DNA of 64,000 bases, taken from contig CM052817.1 in NCBI GenBank assembly GCA_028534125.1, forward strand, positions 55,368,001-55,432,000, given 5' to 3'. Below the pieces are notes generated by a model. It was not told the origin of the DNA, searched no databases, and saw only the letters and a program-made list of their open reading frames with translations. A program made the translations under genes and the position numbers. The DNA comes from Lama glama. Taxonomy: Eukaryota. Below are positions 37,791 through 50,480 of the stretch, one piece after another (the first letter of the stretch is position 1; every line of letters begins with the position of its first letter).

Positions 37791-38825
37791 ACTTCTTATT
37801 CAGAAATCTGTATGGAAGCCTGTGGCTAAATTGTCTGATTTTATTAAAAGAACTGGTTCTTGCAGAAGTATCATTTAGCTTGTCTCTCTCTTGTCATGTT
37901 CCAGCTCTTATAACCTGTGTATTGATATTCCCATGGCTTTTCTCCACCTTTTGTGATCTCATTTCACAGAGGGGTGAGGAAAATAACTTGTTCCATGTCA
38001 GCATACTAGATGATTTTATTCAGTGCTTATTATTCTATGCACTAACATTTGTCAGCGTGTTGCAAATATTTTACCTGTCACCAATTTATAATTGTTTTTA
38101 ATAATAAATCAGTTTTAGAAAGCAAATGCTTGTTTAAATGGTACCTTCTGAACATGCAAATCAGGAAAATCTCTCAGTATACTTCTTATGCTTCATCACT
38201 ACATTTACACTATCTACTTATCTATCTGTCTGTCTATCAAGATGTTGATTTATTCCCCTAAAAATAAAAAGGGGAAAATGTACCCATTTCAATTGACCGA
38301 TATTATTTTGACCAGAAATCATAGTTTTACAGTGAATGCAATTAGTTCAAGTTCAGATGAACTAATTTAAAATGAACTACTCAAGAGCTATCACGTTGGC
38401 AAAAGTTGTTCTATAGAGATCAGTAGAGTACTTTCTCTTTTTTAAAATTCTTAGTAGGGGGGAACAAATGGGCGAAAAGTATTTGTATTTTTATTTATAC
38501 GTTTACATTTTTAACACTCCACAATATTCACCAGAGCAGTACACTAAGTTCATGATGCCACCCATAGCGTAGTGTTAATCCCATGGTATAACAGGTATTC
38601 ATCAGGGCAAAAATCAACTATTTTCAGTGCTGTACTTATTATTTTCTGTTCATCCTTCCCCTTTAACCTCTTTCCACTATGGGAAACTGATAGATAACTT
38701 GTCTAATCTCTGTTATATTTTTCTTAATCCTTCTTTTTGCTTAATTTTGCTCTCTAATTTGTTAGAAAAACCTGTCAATCATATGCATCAATTTCCATTA
38801 AAGTAGCATTTGCTTAAACTGTAGT

Positions 38826-38930
38826 ATTTTTTCAGCTTTATTGAGGTATAATCGACAAATAAAATTAAGATATTAAAGTGTACAATGTATGATTCAATAC
38901 ACACATTGTGAAAGGATTCCCTCCATCCAT
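38826..38930 (-). mobile_element. Short L1 (L1MA-like) 3' end
   Basis: cagctttattgaggtataatcgacaaataaaatt...aaagtgtacaatg...cattgtgaaaggattccc. Confidence 0.75.
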
Positions 38931-38969
38931 AAACTAGTAATTTTTTTGCCTGTTATGATCTTATTTGAA

Positions 38970-39480
38970 AATATGTACCTGATCATATCATTCAATTATT
39001 TAATGTTTTCTCATGCTTCCTGCTACCTATAGAAACGTTTCCAGACCCTTTGTCATGATATAAAACGTGTTCTACATAATCTAACCTCAGTTTACCTTCC
39101 TAGTGGCATTTCTCACCAATCTCTGTAGAGAAACAGATGAAGTCCAATGTCATTTACACAAAGTTTTCTCTGCTCTTGAACCATTGTGAGTTTGCCATTA
39201 TTGTATCACACTCCTGTGGCACCTATCTCTTACTTGTTCTTTGAGGCATTTTATGCCTGATGACTCACTTCCCCATATTTCAGATGCCCTTCTACCACAC
39301 AGCCATGCAACTCTATATTTCTATCATAACAATTGTCATACTGTATTGTAGTATTACTTTATTTGTCTGCTTTCCCTATTAGATGTGGAATTTTTATTTA
39401 TATTACTAGTGTCTGGCACAATGACTAGAAATTGATAGGAATTCTGTTAAGTATTTTGAGTAAAAGGATGAAGGGAAGAA
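38970..39480 (+). mobile_element. L2 3' region
   Basis: cctgatcatatcattc...gtctgctttccctattagatgtggaa...ctggcacaatgactaga...gtattttgagtaaaaggatgaa. Confidence 0.6.
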
Positions 39481-41454
39481 AATAGGTTATCTGATATTAC
39501 ACCTATAATTTCTTAAATGTGTACCTTAGATACATCCAACCATTCATCTTCTTAGTCATTCTGTCATACATTTCACATGCCTATGAAGAGTACTCAAGAA
39601 ATAATATTTAAAGGCTGTAATTATTAATGATAGTAACTGTCTTATTTTTTATACCCTAAGTGTCCTTATTTAGACTTTGCAGATTAATAAAATAAGATGT
39701 GGTGAATTTAAATGCTCAGCATAGTGTTGACCATGTACCTACCACCTATTCAGAGATTGAGCTACTTCCCCAGGGTCATACAATTAGTTTTCATTTCAAC
39801 TGGAATGTGCTTTCATTAAATTTGAATCTATAGTCTAATGTAAAATTTGGAAAATTCAGTGAATGAAATTTATTTGGCAGGAAAATTGCAAAAAAAATTA
39901 TAAGCAGAGTTCTAAGTTAACCACACTTGACATTACTATAATATCAGCTAATTCAGGGCGAAATTGAAAAGTTTAATAATCAAAAATGATGTGTACTTTT
40001 TTATAGGTGATCCACCTCTTACATTTCTGCTTTAGATATGCACTAAGGAATATTTTCCAGGCTGAGTCATTAAAAAAATGATAAAGGGAGGATTCTTTCC
40101 ATTTCTAAAAGATACATGCTAATAATGATATAGTTGTTTTTACAAATGCATGGAGTATAGTATATGTGTACACACACCCACACACCTCCATAAACACACA
40201 CTTAGGAGCACACACAACTCTCTAAGACATCCAGAGATTCTGAACATTGTAGGTTCATCTGGAGCAACTAACATGAACTAAACTTAGACATAGCTTCCTC
40301 CAAAACCCAATCTTTTGGAAAATACAAATTCTTAGATTCAAATTATACAGTAAAATGAATGTATTAACCACCTAGTTGATTTCTAGGTTAAAAAGAAGCT
40401 TGACTTTATTTGACCTTTTCCTTTGTAAGGGACATTAAAGATGCTTTTTTATAAGTTTTGAAACTAATAGAAAAAGATGGCAAAAAAAAGATGATCAGAT
40501 AGTAGAAATTTCAAAATAATTTTTGTGGGTCATGAGAGTAAATTACATTAAAAGATTACAGAGCATTTTGCTGAACTTTTGATTCTGCTATATAATGTCA
40601 ATCATTTATTAAGCATAAATACAACTTAATTTCCTTCTTATTTTAAAGAAATCTATTAATAATAATTCTTATATTTTGTTATTACTGATAATAGCTGATT
40701 TATTGATTCTGAACCCCATTTTCTTATGTTTTATTGTAGTATTGTAATAGATAATGTGAAGTTTACAGCCTGGGGTATATTAACCCCAACTCATCACAGT
40801 GTTTATCTTGCTAACTTAGGTATCATTACATTTGTACAAATTCACTAAAAAGTTAGAAAATTTAACTAATATTTAGATCGAAAAATTTAGTGGCTTCCAA
40901 TCCAAGAAATCTTTAAAACCAAGTACAGAAAAGAAATAGATCAGTGCACATCTTCTTTTGTTTATTTCCTCCAGAAAATTGTGTATATTTTTTCCTAATC
41001 ATTAGATAGTCAGCTTCCAGCACTCTACACTCACAGTCAATAGAGAATTTTTTTAAGGATCTAAGATATTAATAAAATTAAGCATAAAAGAAAAACATAA
41101 AGTAACTGGGGAAAATTATATATTCTTTGGGTCACTAACATTGGCATTAAGATTCCAAATAATTTCTTTTTTAGGCCTGGGGTATAGATACAGGTAGTTA
41201 TAGGCTGGGAACACACAGCCTCATTCTCCTTGAAGTTAGAACATGCCATAGGTTTTTTCTACATCACAATTATTTAGAATGGCATTCCAGTTCTCCTAGG
41301 ACTCCTCAAAATTTCTACTCCCCTAGTGTTAATGCAAGCTTATAGCTTAAGTTATAGTAATTATAATAATAGAACACTTTTGCAGATCGATATATATTTA
41401 TATATTTTAGATAATTATGTCCACATAGGTAAATACTTTTCTGTACAAATGTTT

Positions 41455-42690
41455 TAAACTTTTAATCAGGTATAGCATATATGTTAAAAAGAACATATAT
41501 CATAAGTGTAACAGATCTATGAATTTCTGCAGATTGAACACATCTGTGTACCAGTACCCAGATGTAGAACAATAAAAATAACAAAATACCTAATGATAAA
41601 AACAATACAGAATATTTCTACCTTCCCAGAAGTTTCCCCATGCAACCTTCTAGTCACAACCTTCTGTCAAAGGTAACTACCCTCTCAACATACTATAAAA
41701 TAATAATCTCCTTGTTTCTGAATTTTTTATACAGATTGAATCACACAGTTTTCTCTTCGGCTTTGTCATTATCATTTTGTTTTTAAGATTCATCTATATT
41801 GTTGTATGTAGCTGTGCTCTTTCTATTGTTATTAGTGTGTAGCTTCAACAGTGTTATTCGACCACAGTTAGTAATCTCATCTACCACTGGTGAATATTTA
41901 GGTAGTCTCAGGTCAGGGCTATCACGAATACTGAGTTTGTGAACATTCTTGTGCCTATCTTTTGGTGACATTTTTGTTAGGTATATAATTAGTAAAATTT
42001 CTAGGCTATAGAGTTGGCATATCAAGTCAAGTTTTCAAAAATATCACCAATTTTTTTTTCCCCAAAATGGTTGACCATCTTACGTGGCCTTTAGCAGTAG
42101 ATGTGAATGCTGTTTGCTCCACATAATCAGAACTTGGTGTTTGAGGCCCTAACTCTTTTAGTAGGATTTCCATGATTAGTAATAAAATTTAATCCCTGCC
42201 CCAGCTTAGGATATTTAATTTTGTGAAAGACCTGTTCAGTTATTTTCTCTATTCTTCTATTGGGTTATGTATTTTACTTTTAGCTGAATTTGTAGTATTT
42301 ATTATATATTGAAGGTAGAATCATTTATCAGATGCAGAACAGCAGGTATCATCTCCATGTCTGTCACTTGCCGTATCATTTTCTTAATTGTATCTTTCCA
42401 CAATTCAGTTTATAATTTTGTAATCTTTGTGAATAGTATTTATTATATCCTGTAAAATATTTTTCAGCCTTATGATTATACAGATTTTCTCCTGTGCTTT
42501 CTTTCTAAGCTTTATTATTTACTTTTACACTGAGATCTTCAATTTATCTCAAATTATTTTGTGTTAAAATTATGAGGTAGGAGTGAAGATTTTTTTTTAA
42601 CATGATTATCTACTTGGCTTTTACCACTTACCAAAAAGTGAATCTATTTCACATCTCAATGTGTGGTTCACCTTTGCCATAAATTCTATA
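41455..42690 (-). mobile_element. Old L1 (L1MD/ME-like) 3' region
   Basis: cataagtgtaacagatctatgaattt...caaaggtaactaccctc...agattcatctatattgttg...tgtgaacattcttgtgcctatcttttggtg. Confidence 0.75.
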
Positions 42691-42699
42691 ATCACATTT

Positions 42700-43580
42700 T
42701 AACTCAGTATATATTGGACATCTGAGATGATCAGTTCACCATTGTAGATGTTTAAGGTAAAGTTATGAATGTGAGATAATAATCCCTATGAGGGATGATT
42801 TATCTCTAAATACATTAAGAAGTAAATGTAATACAAGACACATTGATAAATGCTGTAATGAAGTAATTACAGAGGTGCTAAAGAAGCACTGTAATTGTTT
42901 CTAGTAGATGGGAAAAAATTCCTTGTGGTAGTCATTGATGTATGAGAATGGGGGAAAGATGTGAAACTAGGTGCTCATCACAGGAGGTGGAGGAGCCACT
43001 GGGAATGGAAGATTGGATCTCTTAGATAGCAGAGTATCAATATGTTGCCAAGTCTTTTAGACATACTTTTATAAGTGTCTTTAAAAACTTCTAGCAGTAA
43101 AATTACTGACATGTGTTCTTGGAGGTAATTATAGTGGGCAATAGATCTCTAAGGGCAGATAGTAGAAACAGTGATCAGATAGGAGGTTTTCCAACTGATA
43201 AGGAGTCAATTAACCAGGCCAGAGAAATAGAATAAAAAAAAACAAGAAGATTTTTAGAAACATTTTAAGATCTGGAGGACTTGCCGATTGACCAGTTTTA
43301 GGGATGAATGTGGTAGAAATCATGGCTTAAGCAATCTGTGGATTTAATGTCATCAATGGGAAACCATAGGAGGAAGGGGGAGCACAGAATCACAGAAGAA
43401 TGAGGATAGGAGGATGATGATCTTAGTGTGACATCATAATATAAATTTCAAATTTGGAAGAGAGCTTATAGTAATAGGGGGCAAAATTTGAGATCATCTT
43501 CAGAATTAATCTTGAAAACTAGATTGAGAGCACACAGTGTATGAGTATGCATTTGAATTCAAGGAAGAGTAAGGGATGTA
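42700..43580 (-). mobile_element. L2 fragments
   Basis: gataaatgctgtaatgaagta; gatcagataggaggttttcc; catggcttaagcaatctgtggatttaatgtcatc. Confidence 0.5.
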
Positions 43581-44559
43581 TTTTTAGGAAGCCCGAGATT
43601 ATTGTTAATTTTAGCCACTAAGTTTCAGAGTGCCTTGTTTTGCAGCAGTGTAAAAATTGAACAGTTTGTTTCTAAGGAAAATATGTTCACGCTTGTTTAT
43701 TGAATAAGGGGAAAAAAGACTGAGAAGGGGTGGGAGGGGCTATCCTCCTCAGTGGAGAGCTGAGAGGGGGCGGTTGGGACCTCACAAGAAGAATTGTTAG
43801 AAATGCTATCTCAGTTACTTTCCTGAACTTTCACTAGTTATCTGTACAAAAATAACATAAAACTTGTGGATAGGTCTCAACATGTTGAACTGGAATCTGC
43901 TTTCATTTCAGTCTAATGGAGATTTCTCATGCTGATTCATAGCAGTGGTGGAGCCGGTGCTGCTGCTCTGTACATTAGTGGATGAAAGCCTTTCTCCAAT
44001 TTAGTTATGACCTTTTCTTTTCCATTATAGAATGACACGTAATGGGTCTTAATGTTCTTTCTGCAAGTGGATTAAATGCAAACTTAATTTTTTTTTAAAA
44101 AATTAGCATTTGATCCAGTAGCTCTTGAAAGAGATATATAAAATATTCAGGATAATCATTTTATCCTGCTTATCATTATTTATTTCATTCTGCTTATCAC
44201 TGCCCTTTGCCCTTAACTCAGAATAGTTCTTGTCAGTATCACATGAATAAATACTATGAAGTGGAAGTTCAACTTGTGGCTTTCTTAAGAAATTTTAGGC
44301 AAGGGTTTCAAGAGATTTAAAAGGAAAACTGGCCTTTATCCAAGAGAACCTAACTTAAATCTGAATCATCTTTGAAGCTATAAATTTGTAAGGCATTATT
44401 CTGATAAATACTTTTTTTTGACACAAATTGTTGAACATCATGGTAATGCATTTGAGACTATATATAGCTCACTTAAAACAAGGTTGTTTATTTATTTGTG
44501 AGTAATTTAAAAATAGAATTTATGGTATCTTACATATTTAAATAAAATACAGCATAAGT

Positions 44560-45620
44560 TAGAAGTGAGCACTCAGCCTTTTCCTCTTTCTTTTCCCCTT
44601 CCCTTCCTTTCTGTCTTCCCTTCCCTTCTCCACAGTTATCCAAAAACACTGGATGGAATCAAGTAAAGTAAAGCACAAGAGAATATGGGGAGCAATGGTG
44701 GTCCAGAGCTAGGTGTCAGAGTTCAGGCAAGGTGAGGTGTCTACATGGGGAAATAAGAGCACAACTTAGCATGAAGTGTCAGTATAAATTGTGCATGCAA
44801 GGATTCTACACAGGAGGAAGCCCAGTGGGCAGTATCAGAGCCTGTACATCATGAAAGGACATTTACACAAGGTAGCTGCTTAGCACATGCAGTCAGATCC
44901 TGAGTGGGGTGAGAAAAGTGTCCACTGGAGGGGGGGTTGGGGAGGGGCTGGCGCAGGGTGTAGGAGCCTGGGAGGGTTTGAGTGGCAATACAGGGAAGTA
45001 GGCAATGCAGGGTGTTGGAGCTTAATTGTGTCAAGTCTGTGGGGGTGGTGGTGAGGCATTGCATGAGAAGGGGAGCTGGCTTGGCTATATGAAGCAGGGA
45101 GAATAGCTAAGTGGTGAGATAGCTCATAATGGGGTATCAGAATCCAGGTGAGGTGGGAAGATTATCAATATGGTAGCGAGTGAGCCCCATAAGGGATCAA
45201 GTTGAAGCAGAGTGAGTAGGGCTTTCACATAGGGGACAGTCAGGTGTGAGATGTCAGGATCCATTAAAGATTTTAAAGGACATCAATATATAGGGTATTA
45301 GAGCTGTGCAGGGAGGCAAGTCAGCCTGGAGTGTTGGAAGTAGACCAGATGGGGCAAAAGAAGCAAATGGCATGAGAGGGTATTGGTCTCAGGTGTCAGA
45401 GACTGAGAGGTGTAATAAGGGCATTCACTCACTGGAACAGGACAATGCAGAGGGTCAGAATCAGGAGAGGTGAGGAGGGTCACTCGAGGTCAGCTAAATG
45501 TGAAGTGTCATAGCACAAGTGCTGTGGAGAGAGTGTCTGGACAGCAGTTTGGAAGAGGATGCTAGTGCACAGCAAGGGAGGAGAGGGAAGAGTCCAACAG
45601 ACAGAAACTGAATTCAGTGA
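44560..45620. mobile_element. LTR78-like element with a degenerate internal ~55-65 bp tandem array
   Basis: About 13-15 copies of a unit starting (a/g)ggtgtcagag..., often followed by ggtgag(g)ag... Confidence 0.6.
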
Positions 45621-45639
45621 TCTAAGGGGTATCTTTAAT

Positions 45640-46150
45640 AATGGGGAAATTGAAGCAGTGCCACCTGAGAGGATTAAATGGGAAGTACTTCCTGCCAGAG
45701 ATGAATAACCCATACCTAAATGGGGGGTAAAGTCAGACAAACCCAAATTGAGGGACATTCTACAAAATAACTGTCCTGTAATCTTCAAAAAAGTGTCAAG
45801 GCTGTTAAAGTTAGGGAAAGTAAAAACTGTTCCAGATTGATGGAGCTAAAATGTGACTAAATACAACCCATGAATCTGAGCTGGATTTTTGCCTTAAGGG
45901 ATATTATTGGCACAGTTGGAGAGACCTCTGTGTGGTCTTGGGATTAGGTGTTAGTAATATGTCAATGATAAATTTCTGATTTTGATGGCTGACTTGTGGT
46001 TGTGTAGGAGAATATACTTGTTTTAGAAAATACATATTGAAGAAACCAGAAATGATGCAGCATCCTGTCATTTCTCAGATGGTTCAGAAAAAAGGTATTG
46101 AATTACATTCAACCTTTTGGTAATTTTGAGATTGTTTCACAATAAAACAA
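45640..46150 (+). mobile_element. L1MC4-like 3' end
   Basis: cagacaaacccaaattgagggacattctacaaaataactg...aactgttccagattga...ttgagattgtttcacaataaaa. Confidence 0.82.
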
Positions 46151-46654
46151 ATGAAAAGTAAATGAGAAGCAAAGAGAAAACAGGGATAAAAATGAAATAC
46201 TGGACTAAGGAGAAAGTGTTTTAAAAACCCATCACTTAATATGGATAACTCTCAAGTATGGTTTCATTCTTCTACACAGAACAGAAAATGAATCTGATTG
46301 TTTTAAGTTTTTCCAGTTCTCCCAATTTGTTGTGATTCACTAAAGTGTTGTAACTTTGTGTGAGCAAATACTATCTAATAAATTTTTCAGAAATTTCTGA
46401 ATCTGTTGATCCAATATATAAAAGTATAATTTGTCCAGACTCTTGAATCACATTAAAGTGGTATTAGAGAAATTTTTAAAATAATCTTTACATTTTTGGA
46501 TAAGTAATAAATGCTAAATACATGATTTTAATTGTATGATAGTCTCCATTTTTATATGTTTATACTATTTCATAGGATTAAGAAAAAATTTGGTTTTATT
46601 GCTTTTCCTTCATTGAAAGATCATGTTTTATATATAAGGAGTAGGAGAGACAAT

Positions 46655-46722
46655 ACCACATAGTAGAGAAAATACAATAGAATCAAGAATGCAGAGAGAC
46701 AAAGTTTCAATCCCAATTCAGC
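46655..46722 (+). mobile_element. MIR 5' half (3' half resumes at ~48640-48730 beyond the L1)
   Basis: catagtagagaaaatacaatagaatc...aagtttcaatcccaattc; resumes as cctttgaacaaatta...ttcattttgtctttcataaaaaggg. Confidence 0.5.
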
Positions 46723-48594
46723 TTTTTTTTTAAATTTATTTATTTTATTGAAGTACAATGGATTTACAATGTTTAAGTTTCAGGCATACAGCAAGGTGTT
46801 TCAGTTCTTTTCCATTCTTTTTCATTATAGTTTATTACAAGGCATTGAATATAGTTCCCTGTGTTATACCAGTAGGTCCTTGTTGTTTATCTATTTTATA
46901 TATAATAGTGAGTATATGTTAATCCTAAACTCCTAATTTATCCCTCCTCCCCACCCTTTTCCCCTTTGGTAACCATAATTTGTTTTCTATGTCTATGAGT
47001 CTATTTCCAGTTTGAAAATAAGTCATTTGTATTTTTTTTTGATTCTTCATATAAGTGATATATGGTATTTTTTTTATCTTTCTGGCTTACTTCACTTAGT
47101 ATGATAATCTCTAGGTCCATTCATGTTACTGCAAAAGGCATTATTTTATTTATTTTTTTATTATTGAGTAGTATATCATTGTATCAATATACCACAACTT
47201 CTTTGTTCAGTAATCTGTCAATGGACATTTATGTTGCTTCCATGTCTTGGCTATTCTAAGTAGTGCTGCTGTGAACATTAGGGTGTATGGATCTTTTCAA
47301 GTTAGAGTTTCTTCCATATATATGCCCAGGAGTGGAATTGCTGGATTATAGGGTAAGCCTCTTTTCAGTTTTTTTGAGGAATCTGTGTACTGTTTTCCAT
47401 AGTGGCTGCCCCAAACTACATTCCCACCAACAATGTAGGAGGATTTCTTTTTATCACACCCTCTCCAGGATTTATTATTTGTAGACTTTTTAATGATGGC
47501 CATTCTGACTAGTGTGAGGTGGTACTTCATTGTAGTTTTGAATTGCTTTTCTCTGATAATTAGCAATATTCAGCATCTTCTTAATGTGCCTGTTGGCCAT
47601 CTGTATGTTTTCTTTGGAGAAGTAGCTGTTTAGGTCTTCTGCCCATTTTAATTGGGTTGTTTGTTTTTTTGACATTAAGCTGTATGGGCTGTTTGTATAT
47701 TTTGGAAATTAATCCCTTGTCAGTCTCATCATTTGCAAATATTTTATCCCATTTTGTAGGTTGTCTTTTTATTTTGTTTATTGTTTCCTTTGCTATGCAG
47801 AAGCTTTTAAGTTTAATTAAGTCTCATTTGTTTATTTTTGCTTTTATTTCCATTATTCTAGGAGACAGATTGAAAAAAAATATTGCTGTGTTTTATGTCA
47901 AATAATGTTCTGCCTATGTTTTCCTCAAGGAGTTTGAGAGTATCTGGTCCTACATTTATGTATTTAATCCATGTTTAGTTTATTTTTGTCTATGGTGTTA
48001 GAGAATGCTCTAATTTCATTCTTTTACAAGTAACCGTCCAGTTTTCCTAGCACTACTTATTGAAGAGACTGTCTTTTCTTTACTATAAATTCATACCTCC
48101 TTTGTCTTAGATTAATTGACCTTAAGTGTGTGTGTTTATTTCTGGGCTTTCTGTCCAATTCCATTGATCTATGTGTCTGTTTTTGTGCCGATACCATGCT
48201 GTTTTGATTACTGTGGCTATGTAGGATAGTCTGAAGTCAGAGAGTGTGATTTCTCTAGCTCCGTTCTTCTCTCTCAAGATTGTTTTGGCTATTCTGGGTC
48301 TTCTGTGTTTCCATACAAATTTTAAAATTTTTTGTTCCAGTTCTGAGAAAAATGTCAGTGGTAATTTGATAGGGTTTGTGTTGAATCTGTGTATTGCCTT
48401 GGGTAGTATGGCTGTTTTAACAATATTGATTCTTCCAATCCAAGAACACCATATTTCTTTCCGTCTGTTTGTATTGTCTTCAGTTTCTTTCATCAGTGTC
48501 TCACAGTATTCAGAGCACAGGTCTTTTGCCGTCCTAAGTAGGTTCATTCCTAGGTATTTTATTCTTTTGGATGTGATGGTAAATGGGATTGTTT
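46723..48594 (-). mobile_element. Young 5'-truncated L1 (~1.9 kb): ORF2 C-terminal part, 3' UTR and poly-A
   Basis: ORF 48122-48547 [23 protein letters not shown]...[18 protein letters not shown] and 47297-47566 [13 protein letters not shown]...[13 protein letters not shown] are L1 ORF2p; stops and frameshifts present. Confidence 0.96.
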
Positions 48595-48734
48595 GTCCAA
48601 TTTTTAAATTCTAAAAATTAAAAAAATTTTTAAAAAATTCTACCTTTGAACAAATTATTGTCACTAAAATTTCATTTTGTCTTTCATAAAAAGGGAACAA
48701 ATATATCCAGCTTGCAGAATTTTAACAATAATTC

Positions 48735-49017
48735 GCTATGGAGATCTGTATACTATATGGATATGTAATATGGATGTATATGAATGGAGAAAATGTGATG
48801 TGGTATGCCAGGGATGGATGTAGATAGGTAGATAGATGGATATAGATGTACAGATATAGATACAGAGAAATGTATACATACACAGTAGGTATTTAGATAG
48901 ATATCTACATCTAGATGTCTTTATATTTATATCTGTGTATACTTGAGGGAGAAAGAAAGAGAGACTGACAGACAGACCCATCCATCCCCTGGCACATCAT
49001 ATACAGACTTCCATAGC
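48735..49017. repeat. Low-complexity (GATA/TAGA)-rich tract flanked by inverted repeats
   Basis: gctatggagatctgtata and tgccagggatggatg on the left pair with catccatcccctggca and tatacagacttccatagc on the right. Confidence 0.75.
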
Positions 49018-49789
49018 TCATATTTAACTATTGCTTTTTAAAGCCTTGAATTCCTAAAAATACCTAATGAGAGTACACACAGAGTAGCAGAAAATTCTGA
49101 GATATTATATAAATATAACAATTGTTAAAATAACTCCCTGAAGTCTGTGTGCAGGAGGTCTGTGTGCAGGAAGGTGTGGGTGGACTTGCACTCCCAGCAG
49201 GCTGACCGTCCTGCTTTCCTGGGGGCAGGCGCACTGTGCTGATTGGCTTGTCTGACACTGATAGTTGGAATGACTCTCAGAACTCTCATGCTGCTCGTCA
49301 CATGCACAGACATCCTCTAAAAATTATTCTGATTTGTGCACAAGTGAATGGCCAGAGTTGTGGGTTCTATGGATACAAATACATTGATGTGTATTTGACA
49401 TATGCTTTGACGTATACTTATCTCTGAAGATATAGGCCTCATTTTAAGGTGAATGTATTTTGCTAATAGGTAGGTCAATACTTTGAAAATTAGCCCCAAC
49501 TTTAAATTCCAACAAGGGAGTTTATTTTGGAAAAAAAATGTATTTGTTTAAAGTCAGTAATAATGTCTTAAAGTATCCATGCATCACACAAATCCAGATG
49601 TTTTTATATTGAGTTTATATAAAGTGATACAAACCAGTATCTGTTATATTCTGATCAAAAGCATTTATTTTCAGGAGATTAGATAGAGTTAGATGCTAAC
49701 CAGACTCTTCTTCTTACTATGAAGGCCTAATACAGTTATGAATTTAAAAGTAAATAATTGCCCATTCTTATTTTTATTTCTTTCTTATT

Positions 49790-50480
49790 CATGTATACAA
49801 TTTGATCATCTTTAAACATATGGCAGGCCTTAGGGCCTTAGGATACAGTGATGGAAAAAGTCCCTGCCCTCAGAAAGTTTGCTATGTCCTGGAGAGACAG
49901 GCCACTAACCAGACATATAGAACCAAAATACACACAAGGAATGTCTATCAGAGATGTCAGCACTGGCCAAGGGGATAGACAGAGCTTAGGGAGACTTGGC
50001 CAGGAAGCTTCTCCTTGAAGCACTGATAAGAATCACATGAAAAGGAGAGTGCTGTATGGGATGATCCATCTACGAGCAGAAGCAGGAACCTGAGAGAGCA
50101 TCTCACGATCAGGCAATCACAAGAAGTTCAGTTGAGTTCGATTACTGAAAGACAAGGGTAGTGGTAGAAGGTGGATCTGAAACATTAGACGAGGCCAGCT
50201 CATCACACATCTTTTATGATACAGTAATCATAGTGGCCATGTGATTTTTCATCCAACAAGGACACATCTTAAAAATAAACAGGGGTACCATTAATGGTAA
50301 TGCTGGCATAATAAGCCTAAGTCAAGACAGTCTTTAGCAAGCTAGACTAATGATCCACACCCTGTTAAGAAATTTAGGCTTTATGCTAATGGATAATCTT
50401 CCAAAACTTTTAATTGGAAATCAGATATTTAAAGAGTACCTTGTCTACTCTTGAGTAATAATGATACTGGATAATATATG
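49790..50480 (-). mobile_element. L2 fragment interrupted by a hAT MITE
   Basis: ggatacagtgatggaaaaagtccctgccctcagaaagtttgctatgtcctggagagacag. Confidence 0.75.
50228..50364. mobile_element. MER94-like hAT-Blackjack MITE
   Basis: gtggccatgtgatttttcatccaacaaggacac...aggggtaccattaatggtaatgctggca...gacagtc...caccctg follows my recall of the MER94 consensus. Confidence 0.65.

Noticed and set aside
44700..45545. CRISPR-like repeat-spacer array
   Set aside because: Mammalian DNA; units are highly degenerate and variable, with no cas genes; explained by an LTR78-like internal repeat
48122..48547. Longest ORF (141 aa) as a host gene
   Set aside because: It is an L1 ORF2p fragment within a 5'-truncated, frameshifted L1
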